Origin: a virus
Lineage: Duplodnaviria; Caudoviricetes
Strand: one strand, 5' to 3'
Virus record (IMG/VR): IMGVR_UViG_3300032074_000006
Location: 1-44,966 of that record
Length of the DNA: 44,966 nucleotides
Under the pieces are notes generated by a model, which ran no database searches, was not told the origin of the DNA, and saw only the letters and a list, made by a program, of their open reading frames with translations. Below, in pieces: positions 43,901 to 44,966 of the stretch; position 1 is the stretch's first letter, and each line of letters opens with the position of its first letter. The position numbers were made by a program, and so were the translations under genes.

Positions 43901-44966
43901 TGCTGTGGCAGCAGGCGAAGAAGAACCCCGAGTATTACAAGGCTCTGCCCGAGGATACGCGGGCGACGATGAGTCACTTCTTCCCTGACGGCAAGATTCC
44001 CGATGGTCCGCCCGAGGGAATGCTGACGCCGGAAGAGTTCGCGCAGACCGGCGAAGAACTGATGCACGGCACGTCCGCGAAGTTCGACACGTTCTCCGGT
44101 GACCGCAATGTCGGCAACACCGGCCGTGGTGCCGGCGACCGGGTTTACATGACCGATCAGGAGAAGGTTGCTCGCGGTTTCGCATGGAGCGGCAGTGGCA
44201 AGGCCGCGCTGGAACTGCCCGAAACCTTCTTTCAGAAGGCGTCCCGCAACGCGTATGCCGGCGACGGCGTTAGCCAGGAGACGGCGGATAAGCTCGCCAC
44301 GGTCTATGCCCGCATCGAAGATGCCAACCCGGTGCCTAAGGAGTTGTACGCGGAGGCGCGTCAGCTTGAGGCGCAGGCAATGCGCGAGATGGTCACTGAC
44401 CAGCTCGACAAGGGTTGGCGTGTCCGGGTTGATCCGCTCGACGGCGGCGACAAGAAGATCCTTGCGTCACAGGGCGACCTTGCCGCAATCACGGATCAGG
44501 ACGTGCTCACCTCGCCCGAGGCGTGGGAGTTCATTCCGCCGAACCGCGATCCTCGCGTTATTACGGCGAAGGTCTACGGTAAGACGCTCGACCTTCGGCA
44601 TCGTGCATACGTGCAGGACAAGAACGGCAGCTACCACCTGCGGCGGGGCAAGGGCCCCGAACCCCGCGACCTCAACGGGTACGCGAAGCTTGAGCCAGAA
44701 ATCCCGGCCTCTCTGCGGGAGGCCCTTGAGGGCAAGACTGGCGGCTGGAAGCCTTGGAGGGACAACAGCGGTTCCAATGTCTACAACCACGAGCAGTCTC
44801 GTGAGCTGACTGACTGGATGCGCGCCAACGGATACGGCAAGGTCATCGTTGATGACGCCGCCGAATCCGGCATGTTCTCCTACATCGCCCTGCCTGAGAT
44901 GATTGCGCACAACACTGATGTTGTGAAGGCGTACAAGAAGGCGTATAAGGCGGCGTCCAAGCCGCA
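40984..44966 (+). CDS. Giant internal virion/ejection protein, N-terminal part (open to window end; total ~2055 aa)
   Basis: GTG right after upstream TAA with GAGAGGA RBS; no stop to the window end (hence absent from ORF track); MTEPVDPQDRYLERLRAVWNEDF...SPGRDLGR...SGSADSLWTLFMDPT; contains ART-like domain from ~44050. Confidence 0.85.
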   Translation, partial: MTEPVDPQDRYLERLRAVWNEDFGTQYRPGLADKLASSDASMEDLARIGAMVRALDAQKTTRLAQQSGAIESASGQKTDLLNAVGAGHEAVKTANYHAHASADKDLPWWQDVQQWVTKNIYGIDLTDPNMHDEAVRSALTSPGSAALGKGLEQVAKFAGFLYRSESPVGLSPIAGAVMALKGENPLQQGTNADVAEKHAAMQAQGYDPHDVWDNIAFNWNQGESTFRDLSAVRDRFGSKDVDLALNVFRNGSEFDDSLYAARVGVENDYAAGKITLEEATQKINRLEDPQFREVYEAVDRSHVSPGRDLGRMVLPKTWQNDWGFTALSGSADSLWTLFMDPTIIGGKAHEAYQLSKWGLDGLTDTRIYHLLGETDAAGVAPAAKYLSNNVRRAGVQSFLDARKAWDEALASGDEDAAAVIKAGANERHRDLMPLWSEVGGIRPAITPAEREAATKQGIRYLDVNGIEHLGIQTAPITDVRGFAEYAVNNFAFQRLANGMAAQARPLLPGKVGVAAERRALRAEKRTRDGIDRAYDEGQTVLNFSAAKLNGIVADEASAKLEEAARLRGEELFDQADAAELSAKKLRYKADATARRLSTFLPQGRELRLNSATDSRVVEQFARIFLPKWEATRYASMWEAASPAGRRTLAKALLVQTLEASGLTISGVGKELTDKYINDLDKLGKRRYGFGDSDKIGETYRGDIRAGLYESQIEDSVSIPSFTELRQAAAKAAVMGYDPNMTKFGLDAASMRQLAMGKGRRIPRLGTTALRYYLFSSPAADRLMNFVKLGWILTPANMIRNAGDEGLLIYGTGHGGDLNRGREIMQRGGIRADLNPDLPRHRVLLSMVPRDLRPKVKTLADAAHALSIGKLRTLGNPVTEEEIAIAKRLEERTLSDEVLEVLGGRLIDNAEDGLGHQFAQDAHAAGVPLERWKFQGYKLDDVDADSGLGLQALINNYGQRFMPNSPANATLSWLLWQQAKKNPEYYKALPEDTRATMSHFFPDGKIPDGPPEGMLTPEEFAQTGEELMHGTSAKFDTFSGDRNVGNTGRGAGDRVYMTDQEKVARGFAWSGSGKAALELPETFFQKASRNAYAGDGVSQETADKLATVYARIEDANPVPKELYAEARQLEAQAMREMVTDQLDKGWRVRVDPLDGGDKKILASQGDLAAITDQDVLTSPEAWEFIPPNRDPRVITAKVYGKTLDLRHRAYVQDKNGSYHLRRGKGPEPRDLNGYAKLEPEIPASLREALEGKTGGWKPWRDNSGSNVYNHEQSRELTDWMRANGYGKVIVDDAAESGMFSYIALPEMIAHNTDVVKAYKKAYKAASKP
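44723..44966. repeat. Terminal direct overlap (copy 2)
   Basis: Matches 1-244 with one synonymous mismatch. Confidence 0.93.

Overview
The window is very probably a complete, circularly permuted genome (~44.7 kb after removing a 244-bp terminal overlap) of a podovirus-like phage of a high-GC actinobacterium (WhiB, two Lsr2-domain proteins, M15 endolysin, no recognisable LysB). The + strand carries the virion operon, which wraps across the window ends: terminase (36.7 kb), portal, two small proteins, a ~2055-aa internal/ejection protein, further internal proteins including an NlpC/P60 hydrolase, scaffold, major capsid, two tail appendages sharing an anchor and carrying SGNH esterases, adaptor, fibre, endolysin, nozzle and holin, ending at a bidirectional terminator at 17.0 kb. 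The - strand (34.8 to 17.1 kb) carries early genes (ArdC, Lsr2, small ORFs), a replication/nucleotide block (WhiB, Cas4/RecB-like nuclease, DnaB-like helicase, Endo VII, split primase, SNase, dCMP deaminase, metallophosphoesterase, sigma-like protein, DUF3310; no DNA polymerase seen), then HicA-like, ParB-like and tyrosine recombinase genes. The most interesting signals are: (1) an ADP-ribosyltransferase-like domain inside the giant ejection protein, (2) a CAGGAAATGGGGAA motif that forms the RBS of early genes and also occurs antisense, in hairpin loops, in two other transcripts (candidate anti-RBS sRNA circuit), (3) a five-copy hairpin+TGNCYRYTCA+RBS intergenic module in the early region, (4) inverted GTTAC-N6-GTTAC (GlnR/MtrA-type) boxes around the divergence point, and (5) a pseudoknotted leader on the scaffold gene. 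All family assignments are by motif recognition only; no searches were run.
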